The notes under the pieces are model-generated. The model worked only from the letters and a program-made list of their open reading frames with translations. It had not been told where the DNA came from and searched no databases. From Planctomycetota bacterium (GTDB taxonomy: Bacteria > Planctomycetota > SZUA-567 > H5-PLA8), in NCBI GenBank assembly GCA_038227875.1, contig JBBRPR010000022.1, forward strand, positions 1 through 64,000: 64,000 bases of DNA, given 5' to 3'. Positions 1 to 8,890 of the stretch are shown in pieces. The first letter of the stretch is position 1; each line of letters starts with the position of its first letter. Both the position numbers and the translations under genes were made by a program.

Positions 1-237
1 ACTGGATTGTAAACCGCGTCTGTCCTGTAGACAAAGCGGTCAATACGAAGCGAGCCCCTTGACGAGGCCGCGAAAGGAAGGTACGTTTCGGTTTCGGCTA
101 CGGACGTTCAACCAATTTCAACAACGGATGGGACATCCGCTCATCGAATAGCACTTGTTGATCTTGCCAAAAAATCTACATCGACTGTCTGGGGTATACC
201 GTCCGATCGGTTAGACGGGGAGCTCACGAACAAAATT

Positions 238-714
238 GTGCTTGGTAACGCGTGCCCCGCCCGAACTGTACGCGACATGACGTTTCGACCTGGTGTCGTA
301 GGCTATGGCAGCGTAGTGCAACGCGATGATTCGCTGACTGTCGTTGCGAGAGGAACAAACTTTTACTTGCTGACGAAAGAGCTGGTGAAGGGAACGGCTG
401 AGTTGATCTGTCTGCATGGACTCAATAATCTAAGCGATGAAACCTATCAGCTCGTTTTGAACGCTGCCGACAGGATCGAATTTGAGCCGTGGATGCTGCA
501 AACGGGCGGGGAACTATGGCGGCGTTTACTAGCGCTGGTTCCCAATGGCCGGCTGGTGGCGTACATAATGATGCACCTGGCCCGTCTGCCGGCAAAATCT
601 CTGGAGTCCCTAATGCTGGCGGTGATTGAGCGACCGCAATGGGCGTCGGAGCTTTTGAGCGGGATAGGAGACGAACCCGATAAGGATCGCTTTGAAGTTG
701 AAGGAATAGGCTGA
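238..714 (+). CDS. hypothetical protein
   Basis: 158-aa ORF. The frame is open from 31 but has no standard start before GTG 238. Lower GC than the rest of the window; no recognisable motif. Confidence 0.45.
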   Translation: MLGNACPARTVRDMTFRPGVVGYGSVVQRDDSLTVVARGTNFYLLTKELVKGTAELICLHGLNNLSDETYQLVLNAADRIEFEPWMLQTGGELWRRLLALVPNGRLVAYIMMHLARLPAKSLESLMLAVIERPQWASELLSGIGDEPDKDRFEVEGIG

Positions 715-994
715 GGACTCGGACGTAACACGACCGAAGTTACGCCATCGTACGCTTGGGTTTGTCACTCATGGCTTGCGGCCCTCGCGGCGGCGGATGA
801 TGCGGCGCTACAATCGCGTGCTCAAATGTATCTGGAACCATGGTCGTTTATTCTTCGGCTGTTCGGCAGGCTTTTCACCCATAGTGCCCGCATTCTACCG
901 CTCTTCAAGGCCGTCGCAAACTCCCGCCGAAAGCCACGTGCCCGGATACCTGAACTTCATTCCGAACCACAAACGTCGTTGCTTCTATTATTTT

Positions 995-1098
995 TGCTTC
1001 GCGGATTGGATCCATCGAACGAATCGACCACAGGGTATTGTCTTTTTCACTCCCGGCGAGCCGCCCGGACTACAAAAGTCACGGTCGCTCCGCGGAAA
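995..1098 (-). repeat. degenerate copy of the GTAG-REP-like dispersed repeat also found at 42883-43103
   Basis: 1051-1073 TCCCGGCGAGCCGCCCGGACTAC differs at 2 positions from 43058-43080. 1010-1026 matches the reverse complement of 42952-42968 at 16/17, with the same 24-nt spacing from the REP. Confidence 0.75.
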
Positions 1099-1215
1099 CG
1101 ATGCAACCGACGTGACTACGAACGGATTGCGCCGGATGCCGACGGTTCGCTGTACTCGACCGGTATTAGCGGTAGGCTGCACGGATCATTTAATTTCAAT
1201 CGGAGAGAATTAACC

Positions 1216-3114
1216 ATGCGCTTGCCTGCCTTGTTTTCCGACAACATGGTCGTCCAACACGGCCGCCCGCTGCCCATCTGGGGCTGGTCGGTGCCGGAAG
1301 ACTCGGTCACCGTCACCCTCGCCGGGAAAGTCGCTCACGCCAAGGCGGACCACTTCGGCAAGTGGCATGTCGAACTGCCCGCCATCGACGCGGGCGGCCC
1401 GTACGAACTCAAGGTCTCCGGCCGCGAATCGCGCGCGGTCAGCAACATCCTCGCGGGCGAAGTCTGGATCTGTTCGGGCCAGTCGAACATGGAATGGCCG
1501 CTGGAACTCTCCGATAACCCGCAGGAAGAGATCGCCGCCGCCAACTATCCGCGCATCCGCCTCTTCACCGTGCCGCGCCGGCCGTCCGACGCGCCGGAAT
1601 CGGACGTCACGGGTTCCTGGTCTCCCTGCGATCCAGAGAGCGCGGCGCGCTTCTCCGCGGTGGGCTACTTCTTCGGTCGAAAGTTGCAGCAGGAACTGAA
1701 CGTGCCGATCGGCCTGATCAACACTTCGTGGGGCGGCACTCGCGCGGAAGCGTGGACGAGCATCGAGGGACTCTGCGCCGAACCGGCGCTGAAAGTCGTG
1801 GTCGATGAATTGCAGGCGTCGCTCGGCGGTTCGGTCGAGGAACGGCATCGGCGTTACGCGCAGATCCGAGCCGCTTGGTACAGCAAACTTCCCGATGGTG
1901 AAGCCAAGCGCTCCCTCTCCACCGGGTGGGAACGCCCGGAGTTCAATGACAACAGTTGGAAGACGATGCGTTTGCCCAACTATTGGCAGCAGATGGGTCA
2001 CCAGACCAACGGCGTCTTCTGGTTTCGCACCACCGCGGAAATCCCGGCAAGCTGGGAAGGCCAGGACTTGCAGCTCTCGCTGGGCGCCGTCGACAAGACG
2101 GATGATACCTACTTCAACGGCCAGCGTGTGGGCGGGGTGTCCTGGGCCGACGAACCGTACTCGTGGTGTACGGGCCGCGTGTATACCGTTCCAAAAGCGC
2201 TGGTCAAAGCCGGCCGCGTCGTCATCGCCGTGCGTGTGCTCAGCAACTTTACCGGGGGCGGCATCGTCGGCCCCGGTTCCGACATGAACATCCGGCGGAT
2301 GGGCACGACCAGCGCCGATGCCCTGCCGCTTAGCGGCGAGTGGCGCTACAGCATTGAACAGGATTTCGGCCCGATCAACACGCCGCCGGAACCGCCGCCG
2401 CCGCTGGACGCCAACACCGCCACGGCGCTCTACAACGGCATGATCAACCCGCTAATTCCCTTCGCCATCCGCGGCGCGATCTGGTACCAGGGCGAATCCA
2501 ACGCCGGCGACTCCAAGCGCTACGCGGTGCTCTTCCCGCGCATGATCAAGGATTGGCGCGAGCACTGGATGCAGGGCGACTTCCCCTTCTACTTCGTCCA
2601 GCTGGCCAATTTCGGCAGCACCGATCCGCTGGCGAAAGGAAACTGGGCCGGTTTGCGCGATGCGCAGGATCGGACCCGCGCCTTGGCACAGACGGGCATG
2701 GCCGTCACCATCGACATCGGCAACCCGACGGACATCCACCCGCGCAACAAGCAGGACGTCGGCCTGCGCCTGGCGTTGAACGCGCTCGCGCTGACGTACA
2801 ACAAGGACGTCGAATTCCGCGGCCCCAGCTACCGCGGATTGAAGATCGAAGGCCCGTACGTCCGCATCAGCTTCGAACACGCCGATGGACTGCACGCCAA
2901 AGGCGCACTGAGCGGATTCATCATCGCCGGCAGCGACCGCAAGTTCGTGGTCGCCAACGCCGTGATTGAGCACGACCACGTGGTCGTCACACATCCCGAC
3001 ATCACCGCGCCGGCGGCCGTGCGCTACGGCTGGAGCGACTCGCCGACGTGTACGCTCTATAATGGAGCGAAGTTGCCGGCGGAGCCGTTTCGGACAGACA
3101 ATTGGGAAGAGTAG
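1216..3114 (+). CDS. sialate O-acetylesterase (SASA family) with inserted carbohydrate-binding module
   Basis: LPALFSDNMVVQ start, GEVWICSGQSNMEW, WGGT, WYQGESN, DIHPRNK motifs; GGAGAG before ATG 1216. Confidence 0.92.
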   Translation: MRLPALFSDNMVVQHGRPLPIWGWSVPEDSVTVTLAGKVAHAKADHFGKWHVELPAIDAGGPYELKVSGRESRAVSNILAGEVWICSGQSNMEWPLELSDNPQEEIAAANYPRIRLFTVPRRPSDAPESDVTGSWSPCDPESAARFSAVGYFFGRKLQQELNVPIGLINTSWGGTRAEAWTSIEGLCAEPALKVVVDELQASLGGSVEERHRRYAQIRAAWYSKLPDGEAKRSLSTGWERPEFNDNSWKTMRLPNYWQQMGHQTNGVFWFRTTAEIPASWEGQDLQLSLGAVDKTDDTYFNGQRVGGVSWADEPYSWCTGRVYTVPKALVKAGRVVIAVRVLSNFTGGGIVGPGSDMNIRRMGTTSADALPLSGEWRYSIEQDFGPINTPPEPPPPLDANTATALYNGMINPLIPFAIRGAIWYQGESNAGDSKRYAVLFPRMIKDWREHWMQGDFPFYFVQLANFGSTDPLAKGNWAGLRDAQDRTRALAQTGMAVTIDIGNPTDIHPRNKQDVGLRLALNALALTYNKDVEFRGPSYRGLKIEGPYVRISFEHADGLHAKGALSGFIIAGSDRKFVVANAVIEHDHVVVTHPDITAPAAVRYGWSDSPTCTLYNGAKLPAEPFRTDNWEE

Positions 3115-3139
3115 TTTTTCCGAGGGAGGATGAGCAGGG

Positions 3140-3221
3140 GTAGTTTTGAGTTTTGAGTTATGAGTTTTGAGTTGTATCGCGGCAGTCGCAGCGTCAATCT
3201 CAACTCAAAACTTAAAACTAC
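3140..3221. repeat. inverted heptamer (TTTTGAG)n hairpin with GTAG...CTAC ends
   Basis: GTAGTTTTGAGTTTTGAGTTATGAGTTTTGAGTTG ... CAACTCAAAACTTAAAACTAC. Confidence 0.85.
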
Positions 3222-3299
3222 ATTCCCGCGTTCTTTTACAGTTCCGTTACACTCCACGTGCTCAAACGCCGTAGTATAGAAGTAGCACCGAGGGCGGAT

Positions 3300-3992
3300 A
3301 TGAAGCAGCGCATTCTGGTAGTTGAAGACGACAGCGCCATCCGACAGGGCATCGTCGATTCGCTCAAATTCAAAGGCTTCGAAGTCTTTGAAGCCAAGAC
3401 GGGGCTGCAGGGCCTCGAGATGGCGATCAGCAGCGACTGTAATCTCGTGCTGCTCGACCTGATTCTGCCGGGCAAGGACGGGCTGGAAATTCTGCGCGAA
3501 GTCCGCCTCACCCGCCCCGCGCTGCCGGTCATCATCCTCACTGCCAAGGGCGACGAGAGCGATCGCGTGCAAGGCCTGCAGCTCGGCGCCGACGACTACG
3601 TGGTCAAACCCTTCAGCGTGAAAGAACTGCTCGCGCGCGTTGAGGCGGTCCTGCGCCGCTCGGCCGAACGCCCGCTCGACGTGAAGGACTTCGAAGTGCC
3701 CGGCGGCAAAGCCGACCTCGCGCGCCGCGAACTCCGTTTCGAAGACGGCACGCGCCGCGAACTGTCCGAACGCGAAATGGAGCTGCTGCGCTACCTGGTC
3801 TGCAACCCGGGCCGGGCCATCTCGCGCGACGAGATCCTCGCCCGCGTCTGGCGCATCCCCGCCGGCCGCATGGAAACGCGCACGATCGACATGCACGTCG
3901 TCCGCCTCCGCGAAAAGCTCCGCGACGATCCGGATAGTCCTAAGGTGCTGCTGACGATTCGAGGGAAAGGGTACATGTTTGCGGCTACTTAA
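3300..3992 (+). CDS. OmpR/PhoB family response regulator
   Basis: ILVVEDD, LLDLILP, LGADDYVVKPF, winged-helix RTIDMHVVRLREK...TIRGKGY. Confidence 0.95.
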   Translation: MKQRILVVEDDSAIRQGIVDSLKFKGFEVFEAKTGLQGLEMAISSDCNLVLLDLILPGKDGLEILREVRLTRPALPVIILTAKGDESDRVQGLQLGADDYVVKPFSVKELLARVEAVLRRSAERPLDVKDFEVPGGKADLARRELRFEDGTRRELSEREMELLRYLVCNPGRAISRDEILARVWRIPAGRMETRTIDMHVVRLREKLRDDPDSPKVLLTIRGKGYMFAAT

Positions 3993-4147
3993 CAGAGTCA
4001 TTGGTCATTGGGCATTGGTCATTTTTCATTGGTCATTTTAACAGCAACGGCAACGGCAGCGCGGCGCATGAACGGACGGATGTACTGGTGAGAGCAGTTA
4101 AATGACAAATGACCAATGCCCAATGACCAATGACCGCTGGCTCTGTT
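3991..4147. repeat. inverted heptamer (TTGGTCA)n hairpin element
   Basis: AACAGAGTCATTGGTCATTGGGCATTGGTCA ... AATGACCAATGCCCAATGACCAATGACC...GGCTCTGTT. Confidence 0.85.
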
Positions 4148-4163
4148 CAGCCTCGCTCTGTTT

Positions 4164-6089
4164 ATGGAGCGCGGATCGATGAACAAGCCTTGGCACACCT
4201 GGGTCGCCTTCGCCTGCTGCCTCATCGTCGTCCTCGCGGCGATGGGGTGGATCAGTCGTATTGTGCTGCGGCTCGACCGCGTCGAAGAGCAAGCGCGGCG
4301 GCAGGCGGATTACGAAGGGAATGTGCGACTCGCGCTGTGGCGCATGGACTCAACGCTCGCGCCGCTGATCGCGCAGGAAAGCGTACAGCCGTACTTTGCG
4401 TACGGGTCGTTCTATCCGGCGGGGCGCGCTTACACGCAGATGTTCGCGGAAGTTCACAAGGGCGACCTGCTGATTCCCTCGCCACTACTGACGCAGCCGT
4501 CGGCCCATTCGTTCCTCCATTTTCAGTTTGGTCCTCAGGGCGAACTGACCTCGCCGCAAGTGCCGCTCGAAGCCAAGAAGACGCTGGCCAAAAATCAGTG
4601 TGCCAGCAGCGCGACGCTCAATACCTATGCAGACCGCTTGAATAATTTTAAGAAGCTCGCCAGGCCCAATGACATCCTGGCGCAGCTACCGCCGCTCGAT
4701 GAAGACGCGCCGCTGATCGCCATGCAGGAGCCCAACAACGACAACAACCGCAACCCGAACGAAGCCGTGCAGCAAAGTGTGGCCAATTTCCAGAATTCGT
4801 TCTCGCCGGGAAATACGCAGCGCTACGGCGTCTCGAAAATCGACGAACCCCAGATGGCCGACCAGCAGCAGACCACTACTAAAGTGCCACAATCCAAACA
4901 GCAGCAACGCAGTGAGGCCGACTTTCAACAGCGCGCGCAGGCGTATGAGCAGGCTTCGCAGCAGTACAACACGTGGTCGAACAAGGCCAATGGGCTCAAC
5001 ACCAATCCGCTCGTCGCGCCGCAGATCAACGTCAAGCAAGGCATTCTCAAACCGATCTGGGTCGGCGACACGCTCGTCCTCGCGCGGCGGGTGACGATCG
5101 GTGAAGACACGTACGTTCAAGGCTGCTGGCTCGATTGGGCCGATATTCAGTCGTGGCTGAAAACCTCTGTCGCGGACCTGGTGCCCAACGCCTCGTTCGA
5201 ACCAGTGAAGAGCGACCCCGGCGACCGGCCGGCCAATCTGCTCGCCGCAATTCCAGTTCGATTGATCCCCGGCAACATCCCCGACGAATCGGCGGCGGGC
5301 ATGTCGCCCACCTTCGTCTCGCTGCTGATCGCGTGGGGCTCGGCGCTGGTCGCCGCGGCGGCCGTGGCGGCGCTCTTGATGGGTGCAATGCGCCTGAGCG
5401 AACGGCGCGGCGCGTTCGTCTCGGCCGTCACGCACGAACTGCGCACGCCGCTGACCACCTTCCGCATGTACACCGAGATGCTCAGCGACGACATGGTCCC
5501 CGACGAAGCGAAGCGCCGCAGTTACTTAAACACGCTCCGCGTCGAAGCCGATCGGCTGAGCCACCTGGTCGAAAACGTCCTCGCTTACGCGCGACTGGAA
5601 CGCGGCCGCGTCGGCGGGAACATCGAAACGACGCACTGGAAAGACGTGCTCGACAAAGTCTGTCCGCGCCTGGCCGAACGCGCTGAACAGGCCGGCATGA
5701 AACTGGTCGTCGATCCCGGCGCCAGCACCGCGGCGCTCCGCACGGATGCCTCGGCCGTCGAGCAGATCCTTTTCAACCTGGTCGACAACGCGTGCAAGTA
5801 CGCCGCCAACGCCACCGACCGCGTGATCCACATCGAAGGCAGCACCGACGCGACCGCTGCGTACTTGAAAGTCCGCGACCACGGCCCCGGCTTCGCCGCG
5901 AAGGAACGCCGCACGCTCTTCCAACCATTCAGCAAGTCCGCGCGCCAGGCGGCGCATTCCGCCCCCGGCGTGGGACTGGGCCTCGCGCTCAGCCGCCGCC
6001 TCGCCCGCGAAATGGGCGGCGACCTGGAACTCTCGCCGTCCAAGGACGGTGATGGCGCGTGTTTTGTGCTCACGGCGCCGCTGGCCTGA
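4164..6089 (+). CDS. membrane sensor histidine kinase (start may be 4179)
   Basis: two TM segments, Q/N-rich extracytoplasmic region, H-box VTHELRTPL, N-box NLVDNACKY, DHGPG, GVGLGL. Confidence 0.93.
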   Translation: MERGSMNKPWHTWVAFACCLIVVLAAMGWISRIVLRLDRVEEQARRQADYEGNVRLALWRMDSTLAPLIAQESVQPYFAYGSFYPAGRAYTQMFAEVHKGDLLIPSPLLTQPSAHSFLHFQFGPQGELTSPQVPLEAKKTLAKNQCASSATLNTYADRLNNFKKLARPNDILAQLPPLDEDAPLIAMQEPNNDNNRNPNEAVQQSVANFQNSFSPGNTQRYGVSKIDEPQMADQQQTTTKVPQSKQQQRSEADFQQRAQAYEQASQQYNTWSNKANGLNTNPLVAPQINVKQGILKPIWVGDTLVLARRVTIGEDTYVQGCWLDWADIQSWLKTSVADLVPNASFEPVKSDPGDRPANLLAAIPVRLIPGNIPDESAAGMSPTFVSLLIAWGSALVAAAAVAALLMGAMRLSERRGAFVSAVTHELRTPLTTFRMYTEMLSDDMVPDEAKRRSYLNTLRVEADRLSHLVENVLAYARLERGRVGGNIETTHWKDVLDKVCPRLAERAEQAGMKLVVDPGASTAALRTDASAVEQILFNLVDNACKYAANATDRVIHIEGSTDATAAYLKVRDHGPGFAAKERRTLFQPFSKSARQAAHSAPGVGLGLALSRRLAREMGGDLELSPSKDGDGACFVLTAPLA

Positions 6090-6098
6090 GCACAGACT

Positions 6099-6207
6099 AT
6101 TTTCCATTTTCCATTTTTGATTTTCAATTTTCCATTTACGGAGCGCAAATCACTCGCACTCCGTAAATGGAAAATGGAAAATGACCGATGGAAAATGGAA
6201 AATGAAT
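6099..6207. repeat. inverted heptamer (TTTTCCA)n hairpin element
   Basis: TTTTCCATTTTCCA...CATTTACGGAG-(loop)-CTCCGTAAATGGAAAATGGAAAATG. Confidence 0.85.
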
Positions 6208-6244
6208 TATCATCAGGACACCACTTGAGGAGACTTCGCCTGCA

Positions 6245-7258
6245 ATGCTGATCGTCATGAAACCGCACGCCAACGCCGATGAAATCGAAGCCGTCAACGC
6301 CAAGATCCGCTCGTTGCAGCTCACGCCGCACCCCATCCCCGGCGCGCAGCGCGTGGCCATCGGCATCACCGGAAACAAGGGCGCGCTCGACGTCGAGCTC
6401 TTCGCCTCGATGCCCGGCGTTGCCGACGCCATCCGCGTCTCGCAGCCGTTCAAGCTCGTCTCGCGTGAAGTCAAAGCGGAAGACACGATCATCGACGTCG
6501 GCGGCACGCCGCTCGGCGGACCGACGCTGGCGATCATGGCCGGGCCTTGCTCAGTCGAAAGCAAGGATCAGATTCTCGAAGCGGCTCACGGCGTGAAGAA
6601 AGCCGGCGCCACGTTCCTCCGCGGCGGCGCATTCAAGCCGCGCACCAGCCCGTACGAATTCCAGGGCCTACGCGAAGAAGGCCTGAAGCTGCTGGCCCTC
6701 GCGCGCGAAGCAACCGGACTCAAGATCGTCACGGAAATCAAGGACACCGAGACGATCCCGATGGTCGTGCAGTACGCCGACGTGCTCCAGGTTGGCGCGC
6801 GGAATATGCAGAACTATTCGCTGCTCGAGAAGCTCGGCAAGATCGACAAACCGATCCTGCTGAAACGCGGCATGAGCGCCACGATCAAAGAACTGCTGAT
6901 GGCCGCCGAGTACATCCTCTCGCAGGGCAACTACCGCGTCGCGCTCTGCGAACGCGGCATCCGCACGTTTGAAACAATGACGCGCAACACGTTCGACATT
7001 AACGCCATTCCCGTTCTGAAAAGCCTCTCGCATCTGCCGGTCGTCGCCGACCCGTCACACGGCATCGGCCTGCGCCCGCACATCCCCGCCATCGCCCGGG
7101 CTTCCGTCGCCGCCGGCGCGGACGCGCTGATGATCGAAGTTCATCCCTGCCCCGACAAAGCGCTCTCCGACGGCCACCAGACGCTCTCGATTCCGCAGTT
7201 CGAAAGTCTGATGAGCGAGGTGAGGGTGATTGCGGGGGCGGTGGGGAAAAAGATGTAG
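6245..7258 (+). CDS. aroF: 3-deoxy-7-phosphoheptulonate (DAHP) synthase, class I-beta, with N-terminal regulatory domain
   Basis: [46 protein letters not shown] motifs; GAGGAG RBS. Confidence 0.95.
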   Translation: MLIVMKPHANADEIEAVNAKIRSLQLTPHPIPGAQRVAIGITGNKGALDVELFASMPGVADAIRVSQPFKLVSREVKAEDTIIDVGGTPLGGPTLAIMAGPCSVESKDQILEAAHGVKKAGATFLRGGAFKPRTSPYEFQGLREEGLKLLALAREATGLKIVTEIKDTETIPMVVQYADVLQVGARNMQNYSLLEKLGKIDKPILLKRGMSATIKELLMAAEYILSQGNYRVALCERGIRTFETMTRNTFDINAIPVLKSLSHLPVVADPSHGIGLRPHIPAIARASVAAGADALMIEVHPCPDKALSDGHQTLSIPQFESLMSEVRVIAGAVGKKM

Positions 7259-7408
7259 AACGGAGTCATTGGGCATTGGTCATTGGTCATTGGTCATTTT
7301 TCATTGGTCATTTACGGAGAGCGGTAGACTGGCATTTCGGCTCGCCATTCCGCTCCTCGTAAATGACAAATGACCGATGACCAATACCCAATGACCAATG
7401 GCTCTGTT
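7259..7408. repeat. inverted heptamer (TTGGTCA)n hairpin element, sister of 3991-4147
   Basis: AACGGAGTCATTGGGCATTGGTCATTGGTCA...CATTTACGGAG ... GTAAATGACAAATGACC...CAATGGCTCTGTT. Confidence 0.85.
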
Positions 7409-7419
7409 AAGGTCTTCGT

Positions 7420-8781
7420 ATGCAGACTGACGCGACACAGCACTGTGTCCACCACCCTACTCTCGCCGCGTCGGTGCAATGCCGCGGCTGTGGGAATTTT
7501 CTGTGCCGGCTCTGCGTGCATGTGGAGAACGGGCTCGATACCTGCAGGGACTGCAATGCCGCGTGCCGCGACATCGTTACTGACAACGAAGATGATTCGT
7601 ACTACGCCGCGGTGGAATTGACGCAGACGGCCAAGCCTTCGATGGCAGCCACGTCATCAAAGAAAGGCCGCGCGCCGGAGAGTGTTCCGCCACCGGGTTC
7701 CGCGCAGCCACCGAAGACGCCGGCTGTGCCGCGGCCGATGGCGCATCTGAAAGCGCCGCCGTACTTCTGTAAGAACCATCCGCATGAAAAGGCCACGCGG
7801 CAGTGCCGACCGTGCAGCGAGGAATTCTGTAACGCCTGCGCGAAGATGGTTGAAGGGAATCCGCGCTGCCCGGACTGCGGCGGACAGATCAACGCGCTGC
7901 TGCCCGAAGATCAAGGTCTGCCGCCGCGCGGCATTTTTCAGGACGTCGCCGACGCGCTGCTCTTTCCGTTTCGCGGGTCGGGACTGTTGATGATGCTCTT
8001 CGGCAGCGTGCTGGTTTTTGTCTGCAACTTCGGCGGCTGGAAATCGCTGCTCTTCAGTTACGCGTTCATGTACACATTCGGCATCAAGATCTGCAACACG
8101 TCCGCGCTCGGCCGCGAGACGCCGCCGGATTGGCCGGGACTCGGCGACATCACCAACGCGTTCTATTATTTCGTCGCGTGGTTCGTCAGCCAACTTCCGG
8201 CCATCGCGTACCTGATCCTGATCGCCGGCATGAGTGTCTCGTCGTACGTCACGGGTTCTCCCGACGACGAGGCGACACCCGACGAAGTCCGCGCGATGAT
8301 GGGCGGCGGAGCGCAGCAGCCGCTGGGCAATCATGAGGAATCACAGAAGCAGGCACTCGAGCGCGAAGAGCGTGAGGCCCGGATCAAGGCGGCCGCCGAG
8401 CAGCGACTGAAAGCCGCGAAGGTCCGGCTCGCGGCCAAACTCATCCCGTTCTATGTGCTCGCGCTGCTGGGAAATCTGTACCTGCCGATGGCACTGCTGG
8501 CGCTGATTCTCTACCGCAACTACACCGTGCTGAATCCGCTCTTCATCGCGTCGTCGGCGCTGAAATGCGGCACCGGGTATCTCGGCGCCGTGCTGACCTT
8601 CATCGCGGCCGACGTCGTCCGCATGATTCCGGGTCTGTGCGGGCAGGCGCTGGGGGAAATCGGCATGCTCGTGGTTCCGCTGCTCGCCGCGCCCCTCTTT
8701 CTCTATCTGCTGATGGTCTCCATGCGCGCGCTGGGCGTAATGTATTACTACAATCAACGCAAATTGGGATGGTTCACGTAA
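7420..8781 (+). CDS. membrane protein with two B-box-like zinc fingers and a multi-TM (DUF4013-like) C-terminal domain
   Basis: two CxxH-x8-CxxC-x4-CxxC-x9-CxxC modules separated by a Pro-rich linker, then several hydrophobic helices; paralogue of the next gene. Confidence 0.8.
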   Translation: MQTDATQHCVHHPTLAASVQCRGCGNFLCRLCVHVENGLDTCRDCNAACRDIVTDNEDDSYYAAVELTQTAKPSMAATSSKKGRAPESVPPPGSAQPPKTPAVPRPMAHLKAPPYFCKNHPHEKATRQCRPCSEEFCNACAKMVEGNPRCPDCGGQINALLPEDQGLPPRGIFQDVADALLFPFRGSGLLMMLFGSVLVFVCNFGGWKSLLFSYAFMYTFGIKICNTSALGRETPPDWPGLGDITNAFYYFVAWFVSQLPAIAYLILIAGMSVSSYVTGSPDDEATPDEVRAMMGGGAQQPLGNHEESQKQALEREEREARIKAAAEQRLKAAKVRLAAKLIPFYVLALLGNLYLPMALLALILYRNYTVLNPLFIASSALKCGTGYLGAVLTFIAADVVRMIPGLCGQALGEIGMLVVPLLAAPLFLYLLMVSMRALGVMYYYNQRKLGWFT

Positions 8782-8890
8782 AAATCAAAACTGGCTATAA
8801 ATCAGTATCGAAACTCATTAAAGAGCATATATTCCACCGATCCTTTTCGTTGGTTATTGACTATTCGACTGCTGCCATCCTGGAGAACCC

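Noticed and set aside
826..1215. 130-codon in-frame N-terminal extension of the esterase ORF
   Set aside because: It runs through a REP copy and looks non-coding; the family-typical start and an RBS are at 1216.
3140..7408. CRISPR array
   Set aside because: The repeats are 7-nt tandem units in inverted orientation with no repeat-spacer periodicity and no cas genes.
3987..7412. Integron attC interpretation of the post-gene hairpins (ACTTAAC...GTTCAGC; AAC...GTT ends)
   Set aside because: Only two of the four elements have AAC/GTT ends, the core boxes do not pair fully, the genes are core-type (RR/HK pair, aroF) and no integrase is present.
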